Shown here in pieces: positions 7,975-17,532 of a stretch of DNA of 32,000 bases (its first letter is position 1; the number at the start of each line of letters is the position of its first letter). The stretch comes from Okeania sp. (GTDB lineage: Bacteria; Cyanobacteriota; Cyanobacteriia; Cyanobacteriales; Microcoleaceae), in assembly GCF_035285525.1 (NCBI RefSeq), contig NZ_JAYKGW010000248.1, positions 1-32,000 on the forward strand. Reading direction: 5' to 3'. Below the pieces are notes generated by a model. The model was not told the origin of the DNA. It saw only the letters and a program-made list of their open reading frames with translations, and ran no database searches. Position numbers and translations under genes: made by a program.

Positions 7975-8894
7975 GGCAAGAGGGCGACAAAATTTTCTAA
8001 GGAATCAATTAAAAAAGCAGTTTTAGTTAACTATTGGAGTGACTAAATATTATCAATTTTATTAACAGTATCTACAATATTTGTAGGTACATTTTCAAAC
8101 CTAGTTTCTCAAACTATGATGATTGATTCCTTAGCAGATTTTAGCTCCCCTTTCTCTCAACCAATTTCTTCAATACTGGTAATATAAGACATCTTTTTTT
8201 CCTCCTCATGGGTTCTATACTTTTGTTGGAAATTCTCTTTTCAATTCTTCTGGTAATATCATCATCCAATCTATTAATCTGAATAACTGAATCACCATTT
8301 TTCTACTATAACCCCTATCATATCGCACCAAAGTCAACTTAGTTTTCAATCTAATCAGAGGAGTTTTCCTAATTTCCTGACTTTTTAAGTAAGTCATAAT
8401 CACCACCGCAAAAGGATTATTATTAAGGATTATTATTTTCGACTAATAACTCCCAATTTTTGTTATATTCTAATAATTTAACTATCGGAAACTTCAATTT
8501 TAATTGACAACCCCAAGGACTATAACTATATTTTTTAGGTCGCCATTTTTTCTGTTCATCTCCCAATACAGCTAAACTTACAACTTCTGTATTTTTCAAC
8601 CGATACTTATCATAAATGCCGCAGGTGATAAACATACATTCTTTCAGCAAAATCACTTTCATATTGCCCTGGGATTTCTGTATGAATCAAAATCACAGTT
8701 TCTTGATTATTTTTTAGACAAACTTTAACTAATTTATCAGCTAAACGTTTACCTAAACTAGCATCTTGAACAATTTGTTGAAACTCTTTATCCAAAATTT
8801 CATAACCTTTTTCCCAATCAATTTCTTGGTAAGTATCAGGAAAAAAGAAAGCCATAAATTTAGGAAAGTAAACATAATCATATTTCTTTCCCAA
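7975..8894 (-). pseudogene. Heavily decayed Rpn-like / PD-(D/E)XK putative transposase (cyanobacterial DUF4351-type family)
   Basis: Three track ORFs in different frames (8610-8894, 8423-8662, 8215-8406) read consecutively as one family member: FMAFFFPDTYQEIDWEKGYEILDKEFQQI...LIHTEI..DFAERMYVY / VVSLAVLGDEQKKWRPKKYSYSPWGCQLKLKFPIVKLLEY / LIRLKTKLTLVRYDRGYSRKMVIQLFRLIDWMMILPEEL. Further downstream, MSYITSIEEIG*EKGELKSAKESII*ETRFENVP..IDNI*SLQ*LTKTAFLIDSLENFVALL continues the family C-terminus but carries in-frame stops. Confidence 0.7.
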
Positions 8895-8982
8895 GACTAT
8901 CTTACGCTCCTAGAGTTTGTGGTTCCATATCAAATATTCATCAGTAAAGGGAGGCTTTAAATTTATAAGGATTAATAATTAA

Positions 8983-10188
8983 TTATCCATTAGTATTTAA
9001 CTTCATTTCTAAAATTTTATTAATAGTATCTTCAACAGCTTTATCAGGAGTTGAAGCACCAGAAGTCACGCCCACAACTACCTGACCTTCAGGCAACCAA
9101 CCCTCTGATATTTTCACCTCATTTCCTAAAGGTTTATGTTCAATTCTATTCCCAGATAAAATCCTTTTGGCACCATCAATATGATAAGATGAAATGCGAT
9201 TTTCTATAGCCATTTCCTGTAAATGAGTCGTATTAGAAGAATTAAAACCTCCTATTACTATCATTAAATCTACCTCTTCATCAAATAAACCTGCCATTGC
9301 ATCTTGTCGTTCTTGAGTAGCATCACAGATAGTATTAAAGTTTTGATAATGCTCATTTAATTTATCTGGTCCGTACTTTTTCATCATGGTTCTTTCAAAC
9401 AACTTTCCTATTTCCTCAGTTTCACTTTTGAGCATAGTTGTTTGATTAGCAATACCAACTTCTTCTAAATCTAAATCTGGGTTAAAACCTTCAGAATAAG
9501 AAAATTTAAACTTACTTAAAAATTCATCCCGGTTGCCACCATTGAGAATATAATTACAAACATATTCTGCCTGCGACATATTCAGAACTATTAAATATTT
9601 ATCAGCAAAAGAGCTAGTGGCAATAGTTTCTGCATGACTATATTTCCCATGAATAATAGAAGTAAATTTCTTCTTTTTATGTTTTTCTACACTGTTCCAA
9701 ACTTTAGAAACCCAAGGGCAAGTAGTATCAACAATTTGGCAATTTTTATCCTTTAAAATCTGCATTTCTTGAACACTTGCACCAAAAGCAGGTAAGATTA
9801 CTACATCGTTATTTCCAGCTACAGAAAAATCTTTTTTACCATCAATTACAGGAATAAATTTAATTTCCATATCCCTCATATCTTGATTCACAGAAGGATT
9901 ATGAATTAGTTCGTAAGTAATCCAAATTTGTTGATTAGGAAAATGTTGACGAGTTTCATAAGCCATTGCTACTGACCTTTCTACACCCCAACAAAAACCA
10001 AAAGCTTTGGCAAGTTTAATAGTAACATTACCTTTTTTTAAAGTATAATTATTGTTTCTAATTTGTTGGATTAGGTTACTTTGATAAACAGACTCCATAA
10101 CTGTCGCTACTTCTTCTGCATGACCAAATCCTTTACGGTTATAATTGTCAGATTTTTTTAGTTCCCTAGTAAAAGCTTTTGTATCCAT
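8983..10188 (-). CDS. ispH: 4-hydroxy-3-methylbut-2-enyl diphosphate reductase
   Basis: 401 aa, the long cyanobacterial/plant-type IspH. Motifs [16 protein letters not shown] and the conserved HGKYSHAE region are present. Confidence 0.95.
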   Translation of the reverse strand: MDTKAFTRELKKSDNYNRKGFGHAEEVATVMESVYQSNLIQQIRNNNYTLKKGNVTIKLAKAFGFCWGVERSVAMAYETRQHFPNQQIWITYELIHNPSVNQDMRDMEIKFIPVIDGKKDFSVAGNNDVVILPAFGASVQEMQILKDKNCQIVDTTCPWVSKVWNSVEKHKKKKFTSIIHGKYSHAETIATSSFADKYLIVLNMSQAEYVCNYILNGGNRDEFLSKFKFSYSEGFNPDLDLEEVGIANQTTMLKSETEEIGKLFERTMMKKYGPDKLNEHYQNFNTICDATQERQDAMAGLFDEEVDLMIVIGGFNSSNTTHLQEMAIENRISSYHIDGAKRILSGNRIEHKPLGNEVKISEGWLPEGQVVVGVTSGASTPDKAVEDTINKILEMKLNTNG

Positions 10189-10306
10189 TATGTTTTGTTA
10201 TTAACCTTTCCTAATATCTGTTTTATCTTACAATATTTTTCCTAATAAAAATTCCAGATATCTATGTTGATGAGAATAAGGGGATAAAAGTTAAGACAGA
10301 GCAGTA

Positions 10307-10345
10307 GGGGAGTCGGGGAGTCGGGGAGTCGGGGAGTCGGGGAGC
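10307..10345. repeat. Octamer tandem array (GGGGAGTC)x4 plus a partial unit
   Basis: GGGGAGTCGGGGAGTCGGGGAGTCGGGGAGTCGGGGAGC. Track ORF 10242-10481 merely reads through it. Confidence 0.9.
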
Positions 10346-10572
10346 AGAAAAGTAATTTTTTTTGCTCTAAGGATGTGCCTAAAATGGTAACTTTTGGATT
10401 TTTCGGTTCCCGATAAATCGGATATTTTATCCCTTGACTTGGGTACCCAAATATAACCAAAATACTCACTTTTTTACCCAAAAAGGGCGAAAATCTGGTA
10501 CTTTTTTAGTCACCAAAAATGCTATAACCTTTACCTGTAAAGCTTTTGAAGTTTAACCAGCCAGCCCTATTT

Positions 10573-10597
10573 ATAACTGAAAAAGCTGATAACTGAA
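10573..10597 (+). repeat. Heptamer-array fragment ATAACTGAAAAAGCTGATAACTGAA without a start codon (followed by TTACTG)
   Basis: Same string as at 22085-22109. It abuts the stop codon (10598-10600) of the minus-strand SGNH hydrolase gene. Confidence 0.8.
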
Positions 10598-11461
10598 TTA
10601 CTGAGGTTCTTCCAATGTCATTTTACTGTACATATTAATTGCGGTACTCCAAACTTGATAACCTTTATCATTCAAATGTAGACCATCGGTACTTAATTCA
10701 GATCGGAGAAAACCTTGAGCATCTGTAAATAGTGGATGAATATTTAAAAAGAAAGCCCCTTCATTATCAGCTATGGCTTTCAAACGACGATTTATTTTTT
10801 TAATCTGGCTATTAGATAGTTTCAATAGGCGATCGCGACCTTCCCAAGTAGCCGATTGGCCACTATGGGGCAAAATAGACTGGACAACTATTTGACTTCC
10901 TGGATGGACAGCTCGTAATTGATGAATAATTTTTCTGTAATTGGCCAAAACAGTTCCATCATTTACTCCATGTATCAAATCATTAATCCCAATCATTACA
11001 AAAATTGTTTCTGGTCTGGTACTATCTAATAAATATAATCTCTTCAATAAACCTGCCGAAGTTTCTCCAGAAATTCCTTGATTTAACCAACTTCTATCCC
11101 AGGGAAGAAGTTTTGAGGGAAACCAAAGACTCAAAGAATCTCCTAATAAAATTGTTAGACGTTCAGGACGGTTATTAGCTGCAGCGATCGCCTCTCGCTC
11201 CAACTGTTCCACCCATTGTTGATATGTCCACTTGTGATTTCTCCCAATAGCCAGAAGTTTTGTGCGAGCTGCCCCGAATAGTGGACTTGGTGTATTAGGT
11301 TTGATACTGTGAGAAGTAGGGGATATTATTGTAGTAGTTGCTTGAGGGTTTTCTGGGTTATAATCAGTGACGATTAGCATAGCCACTATGAATGATAGTA
11401 GCCCATTTGCAGCTACAGAACACCAGACCCATTTTGGAACATCTCTAGAGAAAGTAAACAC
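10598..11461 (-). CDS. SGNH/GDSL-family hydrolase with N-terminal membrane anchor
   Basis: Block I GDSLS, block III GINDL and block V DGLHLN are all present. N-terminal hydrophobic helix WCSVAANGLLSFIVAMLIV. The start is GTG at 11461. Confidence 0.85.
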   Translation of the reverse strand: MFTFSRDVPKWVWCSVAANGLLSFIVAMLIVTDYNPENPQATTTIISPTSHSIKPNTPSPLFGAARTKLLAIGRNHKWTYQQWVEQLEREAIAAANNRPERLTILLGDSLSLWFPSKLLPWDRSWLNQGISGETSAGLLKRLYLLDSTRPETIFVMIGINDLIHGVNDGTVLANYRKIIHQLRAVHPGSQIVVQSILPHSGQSATWEGRDRLLKLSNSQIKKINRRLKAIADNEGAFFLNIHPLFTDAQGFLRSELSTDGLHLNDKGYQVWSTAINMYSKMTLEEPQ

Positions 11462-11524
11462 CGTAGCTAAATTGAATTAGTCTCTATTAAGAAAACCAAG
11501 CCTAATCTGGAACATCTTGAGAAA

Positions 11525-11745
11525 AATTAAGGTTACCAAATAATTAATAATTAATAATTAATAATTAATAATTAAATAATTCAGTTTATAAAGTCTCCCT
11601 TTTCAAGGATAAAAAGCAGTCGGGAGATGGGGAAGTTTCCCGCTCTTGCGGAGGTTTTCCCAAGTACGCCATCTCTAATATATATCAAGAGAAATAAATT
11701 TTTGACTTTTAGAGAGAGGTAATTATCAATTATCAATTATCCATT
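11525..11745 (-). mobile_element. Composite IR-bounded element with flanking AT-rich heptamer arrays; copy 2 (inverted relative to 2975-3230)
   Basis: Its reverse complement begins TAATGGATAATTGATAATTGATAATTACCTCTCTCTAAAAG...AAAAATTTATTTCTC and ends GCTTTTTATCCTTGAAAAGGGAGAC...GAATTATTTAATTATTAATTATTAATT. Both ends match copy 1. Confidence 0.6.
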
Positions 11746-12467
11746 AATGAATTTTATTTTGCACAAGGGAAGGTGGGTTTTCCCAAATTCTCTGAGAGTT
11801 TGGTCTTTCGGCTAGCCGAGGCTTGGATTTAGTTTATTATTACCGAAATCATTAGGGTATGTGCCTCCCCTTGGCTGCGCCACTAGCTGTAGCTCTACAG
11901 CAGGATGAAAAAAAATTCAATTCAGTATCTTAAGCCTCTCAGCTACTAATTTCTGATAACTGAAATAATCAGCTTATGCTATTTTATCCAGAGAGTTGAT
12001 TAAATTAAGTTAAGAAAGTTAAGTAGTTGTGAAAAATTATTCCTAGTTGAGATAGGGAATAGGGAACGCTTAACTGGGAACAGGGAAAAAATTAATAATT
12101 TCTAGATAAGATTGAAGATTTATAATAGAATGTGCGATTGATTTTGCTTATGAAATTATACAATTAATTTTGCATAAGCACTTATTCATATATCAAAAGT
12201 AATATCTGGATAAATTTTTCCTGTGGAAATGCTTGACAAATAAAATTTAGCAATTTCCGCCTCTTTTGCTTCTACTGCTATATCTAAATACTTCCCCAAA
12301 AACTTTCAATCCTCCCCATGCTTTGCTTAGGGAGGGAGTAGGGATATTAAGGAAGTTTTGAATCAACTTTTTGGAAGTTTCTCAATCCCAAGACCTCACA
12401 AACTTCCTACTCTCCCCACACTCTTTTACCTTAGTCTCTATCTAAATAACCTTAAGTTATGACTATT

Positions 12468-13910
12468 TTAGTGAGAATGATCTTGAATAGCACCAGTTCC
12501 CAGGGAATCAGGTTCCTTCACAAAACCATGATAAGCTTCCATGCCATGTTCAGAAATATCCAAACCTTGATATTCTTGTTCTGCATGAACACGAATACCA
12601 ATAGTAGCCTTCAAAGCTAGCCAGAAAATAACACTCATAATCACTGTAAACAATCCGACTGAGATAATACCTATAGCTTGAGTTACGATATTAGCTCCTT
12701 CGACAAAAATACCAACTGCTAAAGTACCCCAAATTCCACAGACTAAGTGAACTGAAGTAGCACCTACAGGGTCGTCAATTTTCAATTGGTCAAAGAAGGG
12801 AACTGAGAAAACTACAATTATACCTGCAACAGCACCAATAATTACTGCTGATAAATAAGATACTCCATCACAACCTGCGGTAATTCCGACTAGGCCAGCC
12901 AAAACACCATTAATAATCATGGAAAGGTCTGGCTTAGTATCTTTCAACCAAGATGTAATAGTTGCGGTTACACCACCTGCTGCTGCTGCTAAGTTTGTAG
13001 TTACAGCAATATAAACCACATTTTCGTCTGCTGCAAGTTGAGAACCGGGGTTAAAGCCAAACCAGCCGATCCAAAGAATTAGACAGCCCAAGGTCGCAAA
13101 ACCCATGTTATGACCGGGAATAGCTCTAGGTTGATTATTTTTATCGTACTTGCCCATTCGCGGTCCAAGTATATAGGCCCCTACTAAGGCTGCCCAGCCA
13201 CCTACTGAATGAACTGCGGTTGAACCAGCAAAGTCTTTGAAACCCATTGCACCTAGCCAACCACCACTACCCCAAATCCAATGTCCAGTAATGGGATATG
13301 AAATACCTGTGATTAGTAAGCTAAAAAATAAAAAGGCTGAAAATTCAATCCTTTCTGCTACTGCTCCAGAAACAATAGTGGCTGCAGTGGCTGCAAAAGC
13401 TGCTTGGAATAGGAAAAATATGGGGACTGGCAAACCCGCAGGAAATGGGTCTAGTCCATAAGTGCTAGAGTCACCAGTTAGAAAAAAACCACCCCCACCA
13501 ATGAAGGGATTTTCTCCAGCAAACATTGTGGAAAATCCTATAGACCAATAGACTAATGTCGCCAAGGCAAATACAATTAGGTTTTTTGCTAAAATATTAA
13601 CTGCATTTTTCTGGCGACAGAATCCTGTTTCTAACATTCCAAAACCAGCATTCATAAAAATCACAAATACTGAAGCTACTAGAATCCAAATTGAGTCTAG
13701 AACTCCTTTTACATATTCTGTGGTTAACTCTTGGTCTTGAGCTGCTGCTGCTCCTGCCCATACAGCTATAATTATACATACTAAGGGTATGCAGGCTAAT
13801 GTGGTTGGGGAAAACCATTTTTTCCGACTTAACCGATTCATTATTTTTGTCGGTTCTAAGAGACGGGTATTCTTTATTTTGTTGCTCCTAAATTTTAGCT
13901 TAGATGTCAT
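12468..13910 (-). CDS. amt: Ammonium transporter (Amt family)
   Basis: 480 aa, multi-TM. Amt motifs are [29 protein letters not shown] and GAT(S)[11 protein letters not shown] signal-peptide-like segment ends AAAAQ. An alternative start is M24 (13841). Confidence 0.95.
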   Translation of the reverse strand: MTSKLKFRSNKIKNTRLLEPTKIMNRLSRKKWFSPTTLACIPLVCIIIAVWAGAAAAQDQELTTEYVKGVLDSIWILVASVFVIFMNAGFGMLETGFCRQKNAVNILAKNLIVFALATLVYWSIGFSTMFAGENPFIGGGGFFLTGDSSTYGLDPFPAGLPVPIFFLFQAAFAATAATIVSGAVAERIEFSAFLFFSLLITGISYPITGHWIWGSGGWLGAMGFKDFAGSTAVHSVGGWAALVGAYILGPRMGKYDKNNQPRAIPGHNMGFATLGCLILWIGWFGFNPGSQLAADENVVYIAVTTNLAAAAGGVTATITSWLKDTKPDLSMIINGVLAGLVGITAGCDGVSYLSAVIIGAVAGIIVVFSVPFFDQLKIDDPVGATSVHLVCGIWGTLAVGIFVEGANIVTQAIGIISVGLFTVIMSVIFWLALKATIGIRVHAEQEYQGLDISEHGMEAYHGFVKEPDSLGTGAIQDHSH

Positions 13911-13981
13911 TTTTTAGGCCAAATTAATTAGTTATATTGCAAATGCCAAAAATATAGCACCAGTTGTTGTGTGATTTTTCT

Positions 13982-13995
13982 GTATCATCTACTAC
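13982..13995 (-). promoter_or_regulatory. Candidate NtcA binding site GTA-N8-TAC upstream of amt
   Basis: GTATCATCTACTAC (TGTA...TACT). On the amt strand a TATATT box (13951-13956) follows after 25 nt, slightly longer than the canonical spacing of about 22 nt. Confidence 0.4.
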
Positions 13996-14108
13996 TATTA
14001 TTGATTTTTTAGTAGCTGCATAAACAGTATTTCTACAACAGTTTCTGACACAAAGAATAGCAAGTATTTGTGAATTTTTAACACAAAATATTTGCATGAT
14101 GGTTAAGT

Positions 14109-14618
14109 TTATCTCAAATATTCTTGATATCCAAGTTGTTCTAACCGATTTTGTTTTTCTATCACTGATTCTGCTAAAATTTGACGATATTTTTGTATTT
14201 TTTCTAACAATTCTGGTTGGTGGGTTCCTAAGATTTGAACTGCTAATAAGCCAGCATTTTTGGCATTGCCGATCGCTACTGTAGCAACTGGTATTCCTCC
14301 TGGCATTTGCACTATAGAATATAAGGAATCTATTCCTTGTAATGTTTTAGTTTGGACTGGTACACCGATGACTGGGAGTGGCGTTAAAGATGCGACCATT
14401 CCTGGTAAATGTGCTGCTCCTCCAGCTCCAGCAATAATGACTTTTAGTCCTCTTTGATGAGCTGTTTGGGCATATTCAAACATTCTTTGGGGTGTACGGT
14501 GGGCTGAGAAAATGCCTACTTCCGAGGGTATGTTAAATTCTTCGCAGATAGCGATCGCTTCTTTCATGGTGGGCAAGTCTGAGTCACTGCCCATTATTAT
14601 TCCGATTTGGGGAGTCAT
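14109..14618 (-). CDS. purE: 5-(carboxyamino)imidazole ribonucleotide mutase
   Basis: 169 aa with [15 protein letters not shown] and [10 protein letters not shown] motifs. Confidence 0.95.
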   Translation of the reverse strand: MTPQIGIIMGSDSDLPTMKEAIAICEEFNIPSEVGIFSAHRTPQRMFEYAQTAHQRGLKVIIAGAGGAAHLPGMVASLTPLPVIGVPVQTKTLQGIDSLYSIVQMPGGIPVATVAIGNAKNAGLLAVQILGTHQPELLEKIQKYRQILAESVIEKQNRLEQLGYQEYLR

Positions 14619-14650
14619 TTCAGTTATCAGTTACCAGTTATCAGTTATCA
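14619..14650 (-). repeat. STRR-type heptamer array reading ...CTGATAACTGAA-ATG on the purE strand
   Basis: The plus strand reads TTCAGTTATCAGTTACCAGTTATCAGTTATCA directly after the CAT of the purE start. Confidence 0.9.
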
Positions 14651-14686
14651 ACATTTAGTTTTTTCTAAATTTTCAACAATAACCCT

Positions 14687-14714
14687 GTAGAGACCTTGCA
14701 TGCAACGTCCCTAC
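14687..14714. repeat. Palindromic hairpin repeat, GTAGGGACGTTGCA family
   Basis: GTAGAGACCTTGCATGCAACGTCCCTAC. Relatives lie at 22626-22663 and 31345-31372. Confidence 0.8.
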
Positions 14715-14866
14715 GTTGTGGTTGAATAATCATAAAAAACTATCTAAACTATATCGCTTTTTTTAGCAAACTTAAAGATGCAAAAGATATAGAATTCCTA
14801 TTTAATTTGTAATATTTGCCTGGCAGCTTTAAGTATAGTAATATGAAATAATTTGTGAAAAAAACT

Positions 14867-14922
14867 GTAGGGATTTGGTCTCAATATCCATTAGCGCTTG
14901 GGTTTGGAGATCAAACCCCTAC
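14867..14922. repeat. IR element, GTAGGGnTTTGGTCTC...GAGAnCAAACCCCTAC family
   Basis: GTAGGGATTTGGTCTC...GAGATCAAACCCCTAC. Relatives lie at 26241-26300 and 27771-27813. Confidence 0.7.
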
Positions 14923-14930
14923 GTTAACCA

Positions 14931-15032
14931 AGTCAGAAGTCAGAAGTAATTTTTGTAAGGGTTATTTGAACAAGGTTCCCAAAATATTTCGCCTTATAAA
15001 GGCGGGGTTTTAGACCCATATTATTTTGATAA
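14931..15032 (-). repeat. About 110-bp dispersed repeat, copy 2 (inverted partner of 3780-3888)
   Basis: Its reverse complement reads TTATCAAAATAATATGGGTCTAAAACCCCGCCTTTATAAGGCGAAATATTTTGGGAACC...CCCTTACAAAAATTACTTCTGACTTCTGAC. Confidence 0.7.
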
Positions 15033-15237
15033 AATATTATCACCTATTTAGGATTTCTATACATATAAAAATTATCACAACTGAATTTAGGATTGCTATA
15101 GTTCTTAAAATGAAAAATTTAAAGTTGATTAATCTACATTTTAAGATTTTTTTCTAGCAGAAAAACTACTTTTAAATTGCTTTCTAGTTGAACACCAGTT
15201 ATCATAATTTCTGACAAATAATTAGAAATTTAAACCT

Positions 15238-16422
15238 GTGAACGTAACTACTAAAATTATTAATGCTAAAGTCCCTGGTTATCAAAACCTACAGCAAATT
15301 TTCATTAATTCTACTGGCAAAATTGAGCAAATTATTCCTCAGACTGAAGAACTTTTACCTACCACATCTGCCACCATTGATGTAGAACAAGACTGGATTT
15401 CTTTAGGTGGAATTGATTTACAAATAAATGGTGCTTTAGGCTTACCTTTTCCTGAAGTAAATGAAACTTCTATCACTAAAATACATGAAATTTGTCAATA
15501 CTTATGGCAACAAGGAATAGATGCTTTTTTGCCTACTATTGTCACAACTTCCATAAATAATATTCAGCGATCGCTCCAAATATTCCAAAATTTTGCCTCT
15601 CAACCTCCACAATCAGAAACATCCCAAATTTTGGGTGTACATTTAGAAGGACCTTTTTTAAATCCAGAAAAGCGGGGTGCTCATCCTCAAGAATATTTAT
15701 TACCATTAACTCTAGAAAATGTCAAGCAAGTAATTGGGAATTATGGTGAGACAGTTAAAATAATTACATTAGCACCGGAATTAGACAGTACAGAAACAGT
15801 AATTCCCTACTTAAAAAATCTAGGAATTACAGTTAGTTTAGGGCATTCTCAAGCCACAGCAAATCAAGCAGAAATAGCATTTAAGTTAGGAGCTTCAATG
15901 GTGACTCATGCTTTTAATGCCATGCCAAGTTTACATCATCGTCAACCAGGTTTATTAGGAGCAGCAATTACAAATTCTGAGGTTATGTGTGGGTTAATTG
16001 CTGATGGTCAACACGTCTGTTCAACAATGATTGAAATTTTGTTGAAAGCCAGTCAATTTCAGCAGGGAATATTTTTAGTTAGTGATGCTTTAGCACCTTT
16101 AGGATTACCTGATGGAATTTATCCTTGGGATACTAGAGAAATAGAAGTTAAAAATGGTACAGTCAGACTAGAAGATGGAACTTTAGCAGGAACTACTTTA
16201 TCTTTATTAGTTGGGGTTAAGAATTTGGTTAAGTGGGGAATTTGTGATGTGGAAACAGGAATTAATTTAGCAACTATTGCACCTCGGAAAGCTTTAGGAA
16301 TGAATAGTGAAATTATCGGGAAATGTGAGAAAGATTTATTAAGGTGGCGAGTAAATAATGTAGGAATTTCCTCTTCTAAAGCAGTTGATATAGAGTTGAG
16401 TTGGCAGAGACTTTTATTTTAA
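15238..16422 (+). CDS. nagA: N-acetylglucosamine-6-phosphate deacetylase
   Basis: 394 aa with GGIDLQINGALG, HLEGPFL, GHSQAT and HAFNAM motifs. GTG start. Confidence 0.9.
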   Translation: MNVTTKIINAKVPGYQNLQQIFINSTGKIEQIIPQTEELLPTTSATIDVEQDWISLGGIDLQINGALGLPFPEVNETSITKIHEICQYLWQQGIDAFLPTIVTTSINNIQRSLQIFQNFASQPPQSETSQILGVHLEGPFLNPEKRGAHPQEYLLPLTLENVKQVIGNYGETVKIITLAPELDSTETVIPYLKNLGITVSLGHSQATANQAEIAFKLGASMVTHAFNAMPSLHHRQPGLLGAAITNSEVMCGLIADGQHVCSTMIEILLKASQFQQGIFLVSDALAPLGLPDGIYPWDTREIEVKNGTVRLEDGTLAGTTLSLLVGVKNLVKWGICDVETGINLATIAPRKALGMNSEIIGKCEKDLLRWRVNNVGISSSKAVDIELSWQRLLF

Positions 16423-16439
16423 TATTAAATAACTTTCTC

Positions 16440-16653
16440 GTAGGTTGGGTTAAGCTGGCGAAATCCAAAAATCCCTCTAAATCCCCCTTTGAAAGGGGGA
16501 CTTTTTCTTGGCTCCCCCCTCTTTACAAAGCGAGGGGGATACGAATGAGCGATCGCTGATAATGTAGGTTGGGTTGAGGAAGTACGAAACCCAACAAATA
16601 TATTTTTTTAGATAGATATTTTTGTTGGGTTTTCTGTCGTCAATCCAACCTAC
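16440..16653. repeat. Cluster of short palindromic repeats (GTAGGTTGGGTT x2 plus inverted copy; GAAACCCAACAAA...TTTGTTGGGTTTTC hairpin)
   Basis: GTAGGTTGGGTT occurs at 16440 and 16564. CAATCCAACCTAC occurs at 16641. The AACCCAACAAA / TTTGTTGGGTT inverted repeat lies at about 16588-16632. Confidence 0.75.
16482..16509 (+). terminator. Candidate intrinsic terminator downstream of nagA
   Basis: TCCCCCTT-TGA-AAGGGGGA gives an 8-bp stem with 5 G:C pairs, followed by CTTTTTCTT, 60 nt after the nagA stop. The hairpin also belongs to a repeat cluster. Confidence 0.5.
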
Positions 16654-16877
16654 AAACTACAAATATAGAGTAGAGTTGGCAGAGACTTTGTTGTTTAGTT
16701 TATGGCTTTGATAGTAACATAAAAAATGTCTGTTGGAGAGCGATCACTCATTGATAAACTCAAAACTTTTTTTCTTAATTATTGTAGTTAAGACATAATT
16801 TTTATTTAGTTTTATCTTCTGGTATTATGTGACTATAAATTATTATAAAATATCTCCAAAAACTATGACCGTAAAAG

Positions 16878-17266
16878 TTAATTATCCTCATATAAAAATA
16901 GAATAAAATCAACTGGTTTGTCCAAACAATCACCAATTTCACATCTTGCTAAAATTGAAGCAATTTCTTGATTAGCATTGCTATAGGAACTTCCAAATAA
17001 AAGAAGCTCAATAGCATCTTTTTGTCTTTCATCTAAAGAATGTTTTATAAAAAGGTCTTTTCCATTAAATTAATTTTAGGAGTTTGATTACTTAAGCTTT
17101 TTGTAGGTAAGGCTTGAAACTTATAAATGCGGTGAGTATTTTTCCAGTAATATTTCATTTCTTGATTAGGAAACAAATTATTAAATTCTCTACTTATACG
17201 TTTGAGCATTTCTCCTCCAAAGTCAGCCATAATAACCAAATTCTTAACAAATAAGTTTCCTGACAA
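16878..17266 (-). pseudogene. Possible frameshifted remnant of a small HTH (sigma-70 region-4-like) protein gene
   Basis: Track ORF 17045-17266 ends ...INLMEKTFL*. The +2 frame continues without any start codon as LFIKHSLDERQKDAIELLLFGSSYSNANQEIASILARCEIGDCL...*. This resembles the L-x-ERQ-x-v-x-L-x-x-G-x-SY-x-EIA-x-iL region-4 HTH pattern. Confidence 0.3.
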
Positions 17267-17330
17267 AGCCGAAGAGTTTACTATTGTAAATAAGTCCTCT
17301 AATTCTAATACATCAATACTTAAAATTTTT

Positions 17331-17484
17331 AGGACTTACGCATTAACGCTATCCGTAGGGTGGGTTTTGCGTTCCGCAAAGCTCCGCTTTATATGTCCGC
17401 TCAAGCGCCTAAACGCTACGCGACATGGAAAGCGTATCTCGTAACCCACCGATACTCTATATCTAGTGTCTTTGCGTAAGTCCT
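17331..17484. mobile_element. MITE/NIE-like element bounded by AGGACTTACGCA / TGCGTAAGTCCT inverted repeats
   Basis: The 12-bp terminal IRs are perfect. The G+C-richer interior shares GTTTTGCG(T)TCCGCAAAGCTCCGCTTTATA with 19867-19895 (inverted). Track ORF 17202-17444 lies across it and is rejected. Confidence 0.8.
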
Positions 17485-17503
17485 GATAGTAAATTAAATT
17501 AAC

Positions 17504-17532
17504 CTCTAATTTCTTCTTCCCTCTTCCTTCTT
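17504..17532. repeat. Homopyrimidine (CT) tract ending at the ATG of the antiporter gene
   Basis: CTCTAATTTCTTCTTCCCTCTTCCTTCTT followed by ATG 17533. Confidence 0.8.

Noticed and set aside
13237-14457. ORFs 13237-13461, 13597-13818, 14096-14284 and 14260-14457, which overlap amt or purE
   Set aside because: They are embedded in or antisense to strongly supported genes and have no motifs. The same applies to 23554-23760 and 23971-24189 (inside the urea-channel gene), 30419-30640 (inside the glycosyltransferase gene), 4559-4741 and 5291-5497.
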